64,000 bases of DNA. It comes from Calditrichia bacterium. GTDB lineage: Bacteria; Calditrichota; Calditrichia; JAJRVZ01. Below the pieces are notes generated by a model. That model worked only from the letters and a program-made list of their open reading frames with translations, did no database searches and was not told the DNA's origin. Positions 1 to 11,385 of this stretch are shown here, piece by piece. The stretch's first letter is position 1, and every line of letters starts with the position of its first letter. The position numbers and the translations under genes are program-made. Where the stretch lies: the NCBI GenBank assembly GCA_963796965.1, contig CAWCNS010000005.1:1056001-1120000 (forward strand), in the 5' to 3' direction.

Positions 1-3000
1 GCATCTTCTCCGGCAAACACCTTTTCAATATATGGCATGATGCCAAGATTCCTGGCCTGTTGGTCTTCCAGGACATTATACTTTTCATAAAGTTCTTCTA
101 AAATCTGTTCATTAAGCGCATATAGTCTGGCATAGGCAGCATTTGATTGTAATAGTCGGCCGTCAGGGGTGTGGATCTGTATTGATATGGGGGATTGTTC
201 CATTAAACTCCGGAATTTTTCTTCGCTTTCCCTGAGCGCTTCCTTCGATTCGGCCAATTCCAGTTCAGCCTGCCTGCGCTCAGTAATATCAATGCCGAAT
301 GAGGTGATTCCGGTAATTTCACTTTCCTGTTTAATTTCGCTATTAGCCCAGGAGATATAACGTTCTTCACCGGATTTTGTCAGGATAGGATTCTCAAAAG
401 TTTTGGGCAGACCACCTTTCATTATGCGATCAAACTCTTTGTGTACCTCCGGGTATCGATCAAGTGGAGCAATGAGTTCAAACCAATTTTTTCCTTGTGA
501 TATCTGCGAGCGTGTATCCTGTGATTTTTTCTGCCGCAGGATTAAAATGCAGAACCTGACCCTCCATATCGAGGCCGACAATCATCACATTGGCCGTCTC
601 GATAAGATGATCGGTATAGGCGCGCATCTGTTTCAGATTGTCTTCCGCCTGCTTACGCTTGGTAATATCTTCTGCTATACTTATTATATTTTTTATATTT
701 CCTTCTTCATCTTTTACCGGATAAAGCTGCCCTTTTAGCCAAATTGATTTAGCCTTTTCATTAGAAAGCCCCATTGTTTCCATGGCACCGACACTTTCAT
801 ATTCTACTTCGGGAAGCATAATAGTTTCCCCTTTAAAAGCTCTTTCTATAAGCGGAAGCATACCTAGCTTTGCAGCCCCTGCATCGTGCAGTAAGTTGTA
901 ATTTTCCTTAACAGCAGGTAAATCTTCTTGAGTAAGATTCCAAAGACTCAACCAGGCCTTATTAACGTCTACTGTCCTGCCTTCCTTATCGCAAATGAGT
1001 AAGGGTAAAGGCGCTTGCTCCATGAGACTTCGGAACCTTTCTTCGCTTTCCTTGACTCTATTCTCAGCTTCTATTTTAGCTGTTATTTCTTCGATTACAG
1101 CTATAAAATAATCAGGTTCACCAGCTGATGTTCGCAGAAGTGATGCTGTTAGATTTATCCAGACAATACTCCCGTTTTTATGGAAGTATCTTTTTTCCAT
1201 CGAATAGGTTTCTAATTCACCGTCTAAGAGTTTATTCACTTTTTCAAGATCCAATTCTAAATCATCAGGGTGGGTAATGTCTTGAAATGTCACTTCAAGC
1301 ATTTCCTTCTGTGAATACCCAACAATATCACAAAACTTCTGGTTTATACGAACAAAACTACCTTCAGGCGAAACATGTGCTATGCCTACCGCCGCCTGCT
1401 CGAAAGTAGAACGAAAGCGCTCTTCGCTCTCCTCCAGAAGTGCCTTCCTTTCCCTTTGCTCTGTGATGTCTTCCACAAAAAAAACGGCGTTGATAACCTG
1501 GCCATTAGTATTTTTCAAAGGGAATCCGCGCACTTGCGCCCAAAGTTCGTGAGGAACGGTTTCATGACCTACACTTTTAGTGGCCTCATCGGTTGAATAT
1601 TTATAGGGCGGAAAAATGACATCTTCGCCTGCATATACCCCCTCAATATAGGGCTTTAACCCGAGTGCTTCCGCCTGTTCGTCTGTGCGAACATTATAGT
1701 GTGTTAGCACCTGGTTCAGCGCCTCCCCCTCCAGATTATGCATGGTTGCAAAGGCCGGATTTGCTTGGACGATTTTTCCTTCCAAATCATGAATTTCAAT
1801 GCCCATCGGAGTCTGTTCCACCAGGCGACGGAAACGGGATTCCTTTTCAATAATTTCAGCTGTACGTTCAGCAACCTTACGTTTCAGACTTCTATTCCAG
1901 AAAATAATAAGAAAGAATATTAATAGTATGCTGCTACCAAAGATAAGCACCCATTTCAGCACATCTTCTTTATGAATGCCATGATCGTATTGCACGGATA
2001 AATACTTGCCCTGCATGGCTGATCGCTCCTCCACGGTGATGCCATCCAATACCTTGTTGATTATTCCTGTAAGTTCTGGCCAGTCCTTGCGAACGCCAAA
2101 GGCCATTTCGTGCTCTGGCATCGGACTGGGAGCAGCTACCCGCACATTGGTGAGTCCATGCTTTTGAATCAGGTAGGATGTCACGGTAAGATTACCGACA
2201 AATGCGTCTGCTGTGCCCTCGGCCAGCATGTGTAACCCCTGCTCCGCACTGCGACAGTAAACGAGATTAACCGCTGGATACTCCCGAGCAAGAGCTTGCT
2301 CTATTACAGTTCCCTTATTAACGATAACACGCTTCCCAATCAGATCGGAAATCGTCGTAATAAAAGCCGCATCCATTCGCGTATAAAAAACGACGGGAGA
2401 AACTTGGTATGGATTGCTGAATAAAACATTCCGTTCTTCAGGAGAAAACATCATGCTGGGAATAACATCCGGCCCCTCAAGGTTCTGGAGTCCGCGAAGG
2501 GCCTCGGCATAACTTGATGATGTGGACTCCAGCTTAAATTTTACTCCGGTTTGCTCAGTAATACGTTTTAGATAGTCAGGTACAATGCCGGTGGGCTTTC
2601 CCTGTCCAAGAATAGTGTACGGAGGAAAATTAACTATTCGAACCCGAATGGTATGCTTCTGAGCAATCCATTCCTTTTCATCTTGGTTAAGTTCTGTAGA
2701 CTCCACCTGCTTTGGTAAATAACTCCATTTAGAAATGATGGCATGAATTTCTGGTTCTGATATTAAAGCAATACCCTTGTTTAATATTGAAACTAGTTCA
2801 GGATAATCGTCCCTTACTCCAATTCCAAACGATTCCGGTTTATTCGTAAATACATGTGCAGGCACAACACCAAGCAGTTGGTATTTAGGAATAAAAAAAG
2901 AATTGGTAGAGAGTCCGAAGAAATAATCAACGTCTCCTTTTTGAACTTTTTGAAGTCCTTCAAGCGCATTATCTACTTCTATTATATTTATCTTATGTTT

Positions 3001-3556
3001 TAAACTTTCGATATATTTTTGGGTGATATACACTCCTTTGATTACAGCCACACGTTTGCCCGAAAAATTTTCGATGTTATTAAAAGAAACTCCTTTACGT
3101 GCATAAACTGCGAGATAGCCTGGCCAGTATGCATTTGTAGATGTCAGGCCCAGACTGTCGCAATATTCAGGATGTATATTTAAAACACCATCGATGTTCT
3201 TCTTTTGCGCGTTGTCAAGGACTTCTGGTATTGGGTTAATACTTAAATTTATGTTGGTTCCAAGTTTTTGGTTTAGTAAGCTCAGAAAATCAACAAGCAT
3301 TCCCGAATAAGCTTCCATCTGCCTTTACAATAATTTCCGGTTCAAGGTCAGCCGTATATCCAAGGGTAATCTCCGGGTGCTCTTCCAGCCAGGCCCGCTC
3401 CTCGGGAGTAAGGTTGACGGTTACTTCCTGATCAGTTGCCGGGAAACTCTCCTGAGCTCGAAGAATTCCTGAATTTGCAAAGATGAGTAGTAGAAATAAT
3501 AACGATGTTTTTGATACAATTTTCACATTGACACCCATTTGATGATTTCTCAACAT
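1..3556 (-). CDS. Multi-sensor membrane signalling protein: two periplasmic solute-binding domains, TM helix, at least 5 PAS domains; runs off the left edge
   Basis: ORFs 3290..3556 (signal peptide) and 478..3318 join by frameshift. The reading continues past 478 into more PAS domains (SEEKFRSLMEQSP...). PAS motifs include RFRSTFEQAAVGIAH and ITHPDD. Confidence 0.85.
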
Positions 3557-3651
3557 AAATCAATACTTTCTCATCACCATCAGATTTTTTGTGATTGATT
3601 TTTGAATATAGGTGAAATATATCAATAATATAAATTTAGATAAAGCAAATA

Positions 3652-3858
3652 TAAAGGTTCAGGGTTCAGAGTTAAAAGTTCAAGGTTTGGGATTGGAGTA
3701 ATGGAGTGTTGGAGTAATGGAGTAATGTAGAATAATCGTTATTAGTAATTAGTAATTTGTAATTTGTAATTACAATTTTTCTCCATTACTCCAGTACTCC
3801 AGTTCATAATTCCACCACTCCTATACTCCAACTTTGAACCCTGAACTTTGAACCTTTA
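3652..3858. repeat. Nested imperfect inverted repeat built from 7-8-nt units
   Basis: aaaggttcagggttcagagtt pairs with aactttgaaccctgaactttgaaccttt. Inside, ggagtaatggagtgttggagtaatggag pairs with ctccattactccagtactcc. The core is (t(a/t)gtaat)n. Confidence 0.85.
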
Positions 3859-3952
3859 ACGGCCAAACTACAACTTATTTACAACTTTCGGGTCTGTTAA
3901 TATTTGGCATAATATATTATTTTTTACTCATTCTATCATACCCGGAGGTCAA

Positions 3953-5303
3953 ATGTTTTTTAATCAAAAAAAAACAATATCAAATAAAAAGGTAGACAGC
4001 CGCCTTATAAAATACATATTTCATCAGAAAACAATCAGATTGATTTCTGGATTATTTTTTTTCTTTATGATCATGTTTCTAATCAACGGTTGCGCAGGAA
4101 GCAGCGGATATCAAGAACTGAAATTTAAAGATGAAAACTATAAAGATATCAAAATCCATGGTATGCTTGATAAAGATTTTGCCAGTAAAAATTTTGGTGG
4201 TTTTAGATTTGTTTTTGAAAATGCACGCGACCAATGGTCGACAATTGAAAATATCCAATTGTCATTTACTGAAGACAGTGCAAAAAAATATATTAAAGCC
4301 CTAGATCAACGGGGATTAAAATTATGGGGAAAAGCCATTCTGCAGCAAGAACACATTAAGGGATCAGATTTCAATCAGCTACAATCTGCCTTGATCAAAG
4401 CCGGTTCAAGTTTTACCGGTATCGTCATTGATGAAGGAGGGCTTACTGACATGGCTGCCGGTGAAGGAAAAAAAAGGTATCCGGATGATCATCTTTATGC
4501 CGAAGAGTTTATTCTTCCGCCCAATTTTGCTGTTGAAAAGTGGATTCTCTTCGAATCCTCACATCATAAAAATATTCCCTATGTTACCGATCTTCAATTG
4601 GAATTTGACATTGAGAACCAACATGAACAGGCGGAATTACAATTTCGTAATAAATCATCACGATATAAAAATTTTATATGGTTTGATCCAACCCGTAAAA
4701 GATCTCTTAATTTTTATCTGGGTATTAGTGTGGGCTCCGCTTTTCCAATGGGTGAGTTTAGCGACAGGGCAAACAAACAAGACTATATTTTAAATAGTTT
4801 CGGGATAAATAGCTGATTTAACATTATTAACAAATCTCGGACTAAATATTGCTCTGGATTATCAAACATTCCAATCCCGGGCTAAACTACCAGCCGGTGC
4901 AGATTCGCTTTTTTTGTTAAATATGGACTTTGAATTTAGCAGTTGGCAAAATATATCCTTCTTAATCAGTCCCAGATTTGTTATCCCTCTAAATTTAAAA
5001 CTTGACCTGTTCGCAGAATTGGCAGTTGGTGTGGTCATGAGTACATCGCCGACGATAATTACAAGACGGGCCGGATTAGAGGTTGATGAACTTGAAGGTC
5101 AAAGCAGTCTGTCACTGGCGGGAGGGTTTGCTCTTGGCTCCAGATTTTATTTATCAAATAAAATGAGTCTTGATATAAAAGGGGAATTTATCCCTTTTCT
5201 CGAGCCCACATTTACTTACGATTTTGCTGATAATGGAGAAACAAAGATAAAGCAGGACATGAGTCAGTTTAAAATTAAGGCCAGTTTGAATTGGGATCTG
5301 TGA
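3953..5303 (+). CDS. Hypothetical exported protein with C-terminal outer-membrane beta-barrel (frameshifted)
   Basis: ORF 3953..4816 has a hydrophobic stretch and lipobox-like INGC. ORF 4914..5303 has alternating beta-strands ending KASLNWDL. Frameshift near 4800. Confidence 0.6.
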
Positions 5304-5362
5304 TGAGGTAAATGAATGCATTTAATAGTTAAAACTTGGGATTTAGCTCGTAACTTAGAATC

Positions 5363-5615
5363 CCTTACGGTTGTAACGGGCAGATCCTTACGGGTATAGC
5401 GATTAGAACGTTACGACTTACTCAATGTCATCGTTATAGCTTACTTTGTGCTATTGTTATAGCTTACTCAGTGTTATCGTACTAGCTTAGTTGGTGTCAT
5501 TGTTATAGATTACTTGGCTTCAGCGTTACGACCTAGTCGACTTCATCGTCACGACTTACTTGCCTTCATTATTACGGTAATAACGACTTCCCCCTTACGG
5601 TCGTAACGACGAGCT
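5363..5615. repeat. Degenerate tandem array, 11 x 23 bp
   Basis: Units start at 5363, 5386, 5409, 5432, 5455, 5478, 5501, 5524, 5547, 5570 and 5593, an exact 23-bp phase (e.g. cgttatagcttactttgtgctat, tgttatagcttactcagtgttat). Confidence 0.9.
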
Positions 5616-5683
5616 AGTTTATAATCGTAAGAATTTTAGATTTGAAATTTATTTCGAATTTCGGATTTAGTGCTTAGAATTTA

Positions 5684-5708
5684 AAAATCCCGCTGGAAGC
5701 GGGATTTT
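5684..5708. terminator. Intrinsic terminator downstream of tRNA-Lys, probably bidirectional
   Basis: aaaatcccgc-tggaa-gcgggatttt: perfect stem with A and T tracts. Confidence 0.8.
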
Positions 5709-5712
5709 CTTG

Positions 5713-5785
5713 TGAGCCAGGAAGGATTCGAACCTTCGACAAACGGCTTAAAAGGCCGCTGCTCTACCAACTGAGCTACTGGCCC
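5713..5785 (-). tRNA. tRNA-Lys (TTT)
   Basis: GGGCCAGTAGCTCAGTTGGTAGAGCA-GCGGC-CT TTT AA-GCCGT-TTGTCGAAGGTTCGAATCCTTCCTGGCTCA cloverleaf; CCA not encoded. Confidence 0.97.
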
Positions 5786-5943
5786 ACTATTTCAAATAGA
5801 CCTATAATTTAACTACAATTTATTTTTATGTCAAATGTGCTTTTGGGTTCTATGAAAATATTTACATTTATATATTAAATCAACGGGCTTGTCGCCGGCA
5901 AGCCCCTACGCTATACTCTCAACGCTCTACGCTTTTCGGAGAA

Positions 5944-6672
5944 TCATTCCCCTGACCGATTTTCATCCATAATCCGACAGGCTTCCATGATCACATTCAT
6001 GGTTCCGGTTTTTATATTATGAGGAAAGTCTTCATCGGAGACTTCAAAATTAAAGGTGCCATCTTCAAAGGTTACCATCTCATAGATAGCATCTTCACCT
6101 TCTTTATCATCAATCTTGGATCCGATCAAATTCCCACCCTGTAGATAAATCTCTCCGCTGCCGCGGCCTTCAATCTTCAAAACGCCGGATTTCTTATTCA
6201 GGTTTAACATCTGAACTAACTCAACGATACTTAAATCCTTTAATTCACCAGCAAAAGATTTCTTCGATTCTGTTTTATCCTCAATCGTTTTTAATTTTTG
6301 TGTCCTGTCCAAAAGTTCAGAGACACGTTCCAATAATTCTTTCCGATCGATCGGTTTATTCAAATATTCATCAGCGCCAGCTCGAAAACCACGAATCTCC
6401 ATTTCAGAATCGTCAAAGGAGGTTAAAAATATAAATGGAACCAGAGGCACTTTAGAATTTTCACGAATCATCCAGCACAATTCAATACCATCCATCTGTG
6501 GCATCATGATATCTGATATTATCAAATCAGGGATCTCTTTATTGGCAACCTCAAAGGCGACTTCCCCATTTTCAGCTTCAACGATATCATAACCCGCTTT
6601 GGACAAACTAATATTAAGCAGTTTTAAAACATTCGGGTTATCATCAACAATTAATATCTTGTTCCCCATCAA
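5944..6672 (-). CDS. Response regulator (REC) with DUF4388/PatA_N-like C-terminal domain
   Basis: ILIVDD...SDIMMPQMDG...KP receiver; GELKDLSIVELVQML...KSGVLKI...GEIYL motif. Confidence 0.85.
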   Translation of the reverse strand: MMGNKILIVDDNPNVLKLLNISLSKAGYDIVEAENGEVAFEVANKEIPDLIISDIMMPQMDGIELCWMIRENSKVPLVPFIFLTSFDDSEMEIRGFRAGADEYLNKPIDRKELLERVSELLDRTQKLKTIEDKTESKKSFAGELKDLSIVELVQMLNLNKKSGVLKIEGRGSGEIYLQGGNLIGSKIDDKEGEDAIYEMVTFEDGTFNFEVSDEDFPHNIKTGTMNVIMEACRIMDENRSGE

Positions 6673-6735
6673 TTACTCCCCAGAGAAAAAAAATTTGGTT
6701 AAATATACAAATTCAGGATGAAGTTTGGAAATTTA

Positions 6736-6964
6736 ATCCACGGATTCCACGAATTTTTAAATTAAATTATACTTGACTCTTTTAAAGTTATCCTGAATCA
6801 CACCAGCAGACGGATATTCCTGCCATCTAACTTGTATTCAGATTTTTAATACTTAATGAATCCTTTGGTAAATTCTCTCAACTGATTTTAAAATATTATA
6901 GTCTTAAATTCGTGAAATTCGAAATAATCCGGCCTGGCTCGTTCTACGAGCGCAATTCGTGGAT
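6736..6964. repeat. Imperfect inverted-repeat cassette with internal hairpin
   Basis: atccacggattccacgaattt pairs with aaattcgtgaaattcg...aattcgtggat. The right arm contains the hairpin gctcgt-tct-acgagc. Confidence 0.65.
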
Positions 6965-6995
6965 AATTTTTTGTCTTTTTTCTTTATCTTTTTTC

Positions 6996-8451
6996 TTATT
7001 CTTTTTTCTGATACCAATTAATATCCAGATTTCGGGCTGCTGCAACTTCATCTAACCTTCTGACAGGCGTAGTATAAGGAGCCTGGTGTAATTTTTCCGG
7101 ATTCTCAGTAATCTCATCGTCAATTTTAATTAAGGCATCAGCAAAATAATCGAGCATTTCTTTGCTCTCGGTCTCTGTCGGTTCAATCATCATTGCCTCT
7201 TTGACAATTATCGGAAAATATACAGTTGGGGGATGGATACCAAAATCAAGAAGCCGTTTGGCGATGTCCATTGCCTTACCACCTCTTTGTTTCTGTTTTT
7301 CGGCAGAAAGCACAAATTCATGCATGGTCTTCGAGGGATATCCAAGATCATATTTATCTTTTAGTCTAGCGTATAAATAATTGGCATTAATAATCGCATG
7401 TTCGGCAATTTTACGAAATCCTGCTGCGCCTACCATACGAATATAAACATAGGCCCTTAACAAAAGTGCAAAATTACCATAATAGCTATGAACCCGACCC
7501 ATGGATTTTTCATTGATACCATCGAATTGGTATGAACCTCCATCAAATCTTACAAGCGGTCCGGGAAGATAATCGACCAGTTTGCTATTGACAAGCACAG
7601 GACCAGTACCGGGTCCGCCCCCACCATGGGGCGTGGAGAAACTTTTATGCAAATTCAAATGCATGACGTCAAATCCCATATCTCCAGGTCTCACAATACC
7701 AAACAGGGCATTCATATTTGCCCCATCCATGTAAAACAGAGCATCTACAGACTCAAGTATCGCCTTTATTTCTTTCACCTGGTGATCAAATATACCAAGG
7801 GTATTAGGATTTGTGAGCATCAAACCAGCAACATCAGGTGAGATTTTCTCCCGGAGATCATCAAGGTCAACGACACCTGCATCATTGGATTTAATTGTAC
7901 AAATATCAAACCCTGCAATCGCCGCACTAGCCGGATTTGTACCATGGGCTGAGTCCGGAATGAGAATAATATTACGCTCTTCATTTTTTGACTTGTGATA
8001 TTGCTGCATTAAAAGGAGACCTACGAGTTCACCTTGTGAACCCGCTGCGGGTTGTAAGGTAACACCCTGCATGCCTGTAATTTCCTTAAGGTATTCCTGT
8101 AGTTCAAAAAGGATTTGTAAGGCGCCCTGCACATCTTCCGGATCCTGATCTGGATGTAGGTTTGCAAATTCTGGCATTGAAGCAATTTTTTCATTGATCT
8201 TGGGATTATATTTCATTGTACAACTGCCCAGGGGGTAAAATGCTTTATCCACATGATGATTCATACACTGAAAGTGCCGTAAAATGACGAACAACCTCAT
8301 TTTCAGCAACCTCCGGTAAATCTGCATCCTTATTTCTTAAATATTTTGAGTCGATCAAATCGGAAAGGGATTTTTCCGGTACATCACATGTCGGCAGAAC
8401 ATGCCCTCTTCTTCCCTCCCTACTCAAATCGAACAACAACTTCCTATACAT
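6996..8451 (-). CDS. gcvPB: Glycine dehydrogenase subunit 2 (frameshifted)
   Basis: FYPLGSCTMKYNPK and HLNLHKSFSTPHGGGGPG. The N-terminus MYRKLLFDLS is in ORF 8245..8505; frameshift near 8265. Confidence 0.95.
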
Positions 8452-8464
8452 ATTTACTCCTGGT

Positions 8465-9490
8465 TTAAAGCAATTCTGCAGCTGAGATTGTTTTATTTTT
8501 CCCAATCGTCTTGGCTCTATTCAATGCTCTTTGGGTCAACTCTATGAGATCATTTTCGTTGTTCATTTTTCCTGCAGCAGGAAACGCAGCAACACCCAAG
8601 CAAGCCGTTATCTCTGTTTCATCGCGTTTATTACGCTTCAATTTATCATTTTTTTCTAGTAACGAATTATCAATGTATTCTGTTTGATTAATAGCCACAC
8701 GTAGTCGCTCTGCTTCAAACACACCGCTTTGTAAATTTGTTCTAGGTAAAATAACAGAAAAGTCTGCACCATCTAATTTGCACACTGTATCTGAAAAACG
8801 GGTGTGAAGTTGAAGGACATTGGCAATTTTCATTAAAATAAAATCACCCACATCATGCCCATAATTATCATTGAACCGACCAAATGAATCAATATCAATA
8901 AAGATCAGGGATAGTGGGCTCTCGTATCTTAAAGCCCGATGGAACTCTTCCCGCAACTTGACCTCAAAATGTGAACGATTACAGATACCTGTTAACTTAT
9001 CAATTAAAGCCGTTTCTTCCAGATTTCTGTTAATTTGATTTAATTTATCAATCTCGGTTAATAGTTTGCTGCGAATTTCCGTTCCATTCTGCTGATCCGC
9101 AGAGATCTTTAGTGACATATGTGCTTTTTTAATCATTCGATGAGAATGAGCCACCAGTTCCCGGATATTTAGCGGCTTTAGTAAGCAATCATCTCCTCCC
9201 GCATTCAGGAAGTCTTCTCTGATATCCTTATCTTTTTTTTCTGTGGCCAGAAAAAGAATCGGGATATTCTTGGTTTTTCTTTTCTTTTTTAAAGTTTTTC
9301 CTGTCAAAAGTGAATCGATCGATAAGTGATCGGCATCAAAGATAATGAGATCGGGTAAAGCTCTTTCTGCTGTTGATAAGAGATCCTGCACCTCACTACA
9401 AATAATCATCTCCGACTGATATGAGGCGAAGAGACTTTCGAGTGATGAGGCAATATCCTTTTTTTCACCAAAATAGATAATTTTTGACAT
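8465..9490 (-). CDS. Atypical REC plus degenerate GGDEF-domain protein
   Basis: DKLTGICNR and IDIDSFGRFNDNYGHDVGD; the A-site reads DGADF, preceded by an RFSD I-site. Confidence 0.85.
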   Translation of the reverse strand: MSKIIYFGEKKDIASSLESLFASYQSEMIICSEVQDLLSTAERALPDLIIFDADHLSIDSLLTGKTLKKKRKTKNIPILFLATEKKDKDIREDFLNAGGDDCLLKPLNIRELVAHSHRMIKKAHMSLKISADQQNGTEIRSKLLTEIDKLNQINRNLEETALIDKLTGICNRSHFEVKLREEFHRALRYESPLSLIFIDIDSFGRFNDNYGHDVGDFILMKIANVLQLHTRFSDTVCKLDGADFSVILPRTNLQSGVFEAERLRVAINQTEYIDNSLLEKNDKLKRNKRDETEITACLGVAAFPAAGKMNNENDLIELTQRALNRAKTIGKNKTISAAELL

Positions 9491-9645
9491 AAACTACCGA
9501 TTAAAGAAGATATGAGTATTTGGCATTTATATATAATGCAAATCCTAATCTCTAATATCTAAATCCTAAACAATTCCTAATTCCACAATCCAAAATCAAT
9601 AATCTTGTGGCGAGTTCCTAATCCCAAATAATTAATTACAAATTA

Positions 9646-10977
9646 CTAATTCCCAATCACTTCCTTCATTACCTTAACGTAAGTATCCAGCTCTTCTTTT
9701 GTTCTTTTTTCGGTAACGGCAATGAGTAGGTGATCGGGAAAACCTGCTTGCTGTAAATCAGATCCTCCCTGTATTCCCTTCTCTGCCATTTCTTTAAGTA
9801 TTGCAGTTGCATTTATAGGTAATTTAATAACAAACTCCTTAAAAAATGGCGCCTTTCCACAGAGATTAACGCCATCAATTTTTGATAGATTCTCAGCAAG
9901 ATAATGAGATTTTTGGAGACAGAGATTCGCGACTTCTTTTATTCCAGATTTACCAACAGCAGCAAGATATATGGTTGCTGCCAGGGCCAGGAGACCCGAG
10001 TTAGTGCAGATATTCGACGTTGCTTTCTCGCGACGAATATGCTGTTCACGGGTCTGAAGAGTTAGAACAAATCCGGGTTTTTGTTCAAGATCAGTCGTCT
10101 GACCTACAATTCGGCCGGGGATTTTCCTTAAAAGTTCCTTTTTTGTGGAGAAAAGTCCGACAAAAGGACCACCAAAATTTTGATGATTACCTAACACTTG
10201 TCCTTCGGCCACAGCAATATCTGAATGATACTCCCCCGGCGGTGCGATAAGCCCGAGAGATATGGGATCATAAAAAGTAATCAGAAGCGTCTTCCGCTCA
10301 TCCAGGAGTTTTCCAATACGCCTGGTATCATCTAAATATCCAAAATAATTTGGTTGTTGAATAATTACAGCAGCGTAATCATCATCCAATTGTTTTTCCA
10401 ATGCTTCCACGTTGAGGGAAAAATCATGAATGGGCAGGTTTTCAATTATTATATCATTGTGATTAATATAGGTTTGAAGCAAGGCCAAATAGCGGGGATT
10501 CAAGGACCCGGCAACAAGCACTTTTTGCTTTCTTGTATGTGTACACGCCAATAACATTGCCTCTGCCAGAGCAGAGCCACCCTCATACATAGAAGCATTG
10601 GTAACATCCATTCCAGACAATTCACTTATCATTGACTGAAACTCATAAATGGATTGTAATGTACCCTGACTCACCTCGGGCTGGTAAGGCGTATAAGCCG
10701 TATAGAACTCTGAACGACCGATGAGAGCATCAACAATAGCCGGGACATAATGATCATAAACACCGCCACCCATAAAAGATATACCCTGTTTATTTTTGTG
10801 GGCAAGTGATGTGATATAATTGGTAATCTCTGCTTCAGATATTGCTGAAGGAATGTTTAGTTCAGAATTAAAGCGCAAATTGTCAGGAATATTTGAAATC
10901 AATTCTTCAAAACTATCAACACCTATCACGGTGAGCATCTTCTGAATATCTTCATCTGAATTCGTCAAAAATGGCAT
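9646..10977 (-). CDS. gcvPA: Glycine dehydrogenase subunit 1
   Basis: YTAYTPYQPEVSQG and TREQHIRREKATSNICTN. Confidence 0.97.
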   Translation of the reverse strand: MPFLTNSDEDIQKMLTVIGVDSFEELISNIPDNLRFNSELNIPSAISEAEITNYITSLAHKNKQGISFMGGGVYDHYVPAIVDALIGRSEFYTAYTPYQPEVSQGTLQSIYEFQSMISELSGMDVTNASMYEGGSALAEAMLLACTHTRKQKVLVAGSLNPRYLALLQTYINHNDIIIENLPIHDFSLNVEALEKQLDDDYAAVIIQQPNYFGYLDDTRRIGKLLDERKTLLITFYDPISLGLIAPPGEYHSDIAVAEGQVLGNHQNFGGPFVGLFSTKKELLRKIPGRIVGQTTDLEQKPGFVLTLQTREQHIRREKATSNICTNSGLLALAATIYLAAVGKSGIKEVANLCLQKSHYLAENLSKIDGVNLCGKAPFFKEFVIKLPINATAILKEMAEKGIQGGSDLQQAGFPDHLLIAVTEKRTKEELDTYVKVMKEVIGN

Positions 10978-10994
10978 CTTTTTTTGCTCTTTCG

Positions 10995-11375
10995 TTATTG
11001 TCCGATATGACTCTGATAGCTGGCCGCATCCATCAAGTTTTCATACTCTTTTTCTGATTCAATTTTCATTTTTACCATCCAACCCTTACCATAGGGATCA
11101 GAATTTATTGTTTCAGGTGCATCACTCAGCGTTTCATTAACCTCCACAATTTCTCCACTGAGGGGCAGATACAGGTCAGACGCAGCCTTAACCGCTTCAA
11201 TACTTCCAAAGGCATCATTTTGACTAAATTTATCGCCCGCAGCCGGCAGGTCTAGATAAACGATGTCTCCTAATTCGCCCTGTGCATAGTCAGTAATTCC
11301 AACGACAACCAACTCACCCTCTTTTCGTGCCCACTCATGATCGTCCGTATACTTTAATTCTTCCGGGATACTCAT
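10995..11375 (-). CDS. gcvH: Glycine cleavage H protein
   Basis: VGITDYAQGELGDIVY; lipoyl Lys in EAVKAASD. Confidence 0.97.
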   Translation of the reverse strand: MSIPEELKYTDDHEWARKEGELVVVGITDYAQGELGDIVYLDLPAAGDKFSQNDAFGSIEAVKAASDLYLPLSGEIVEVNETLSDAPETINSDPYGKGWMVKMKIESEKEYENLMDAASYQSHIGQ

Positions 11376-11385
11376 TATTCCTCCA

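Noticed and set aside
5363..5615. CRISPR array
   Set aside because: The 23-bp period is too short for repeat plus spacer, the units are degenerate, and there are no cas genes in the window.
1..5785. Integrative element at tRNA-Lys
   Set aside because: No integrase or duplicated tRNA 3' end is visible in the window, so it cannot be supported here.
6780..6900. Recognisable GxxExxY pseudogene inside the cassette
   Set aside because: Only short, loose peptide resemblances (e.g. VERIYQ) are present; too weak without an HMM search.
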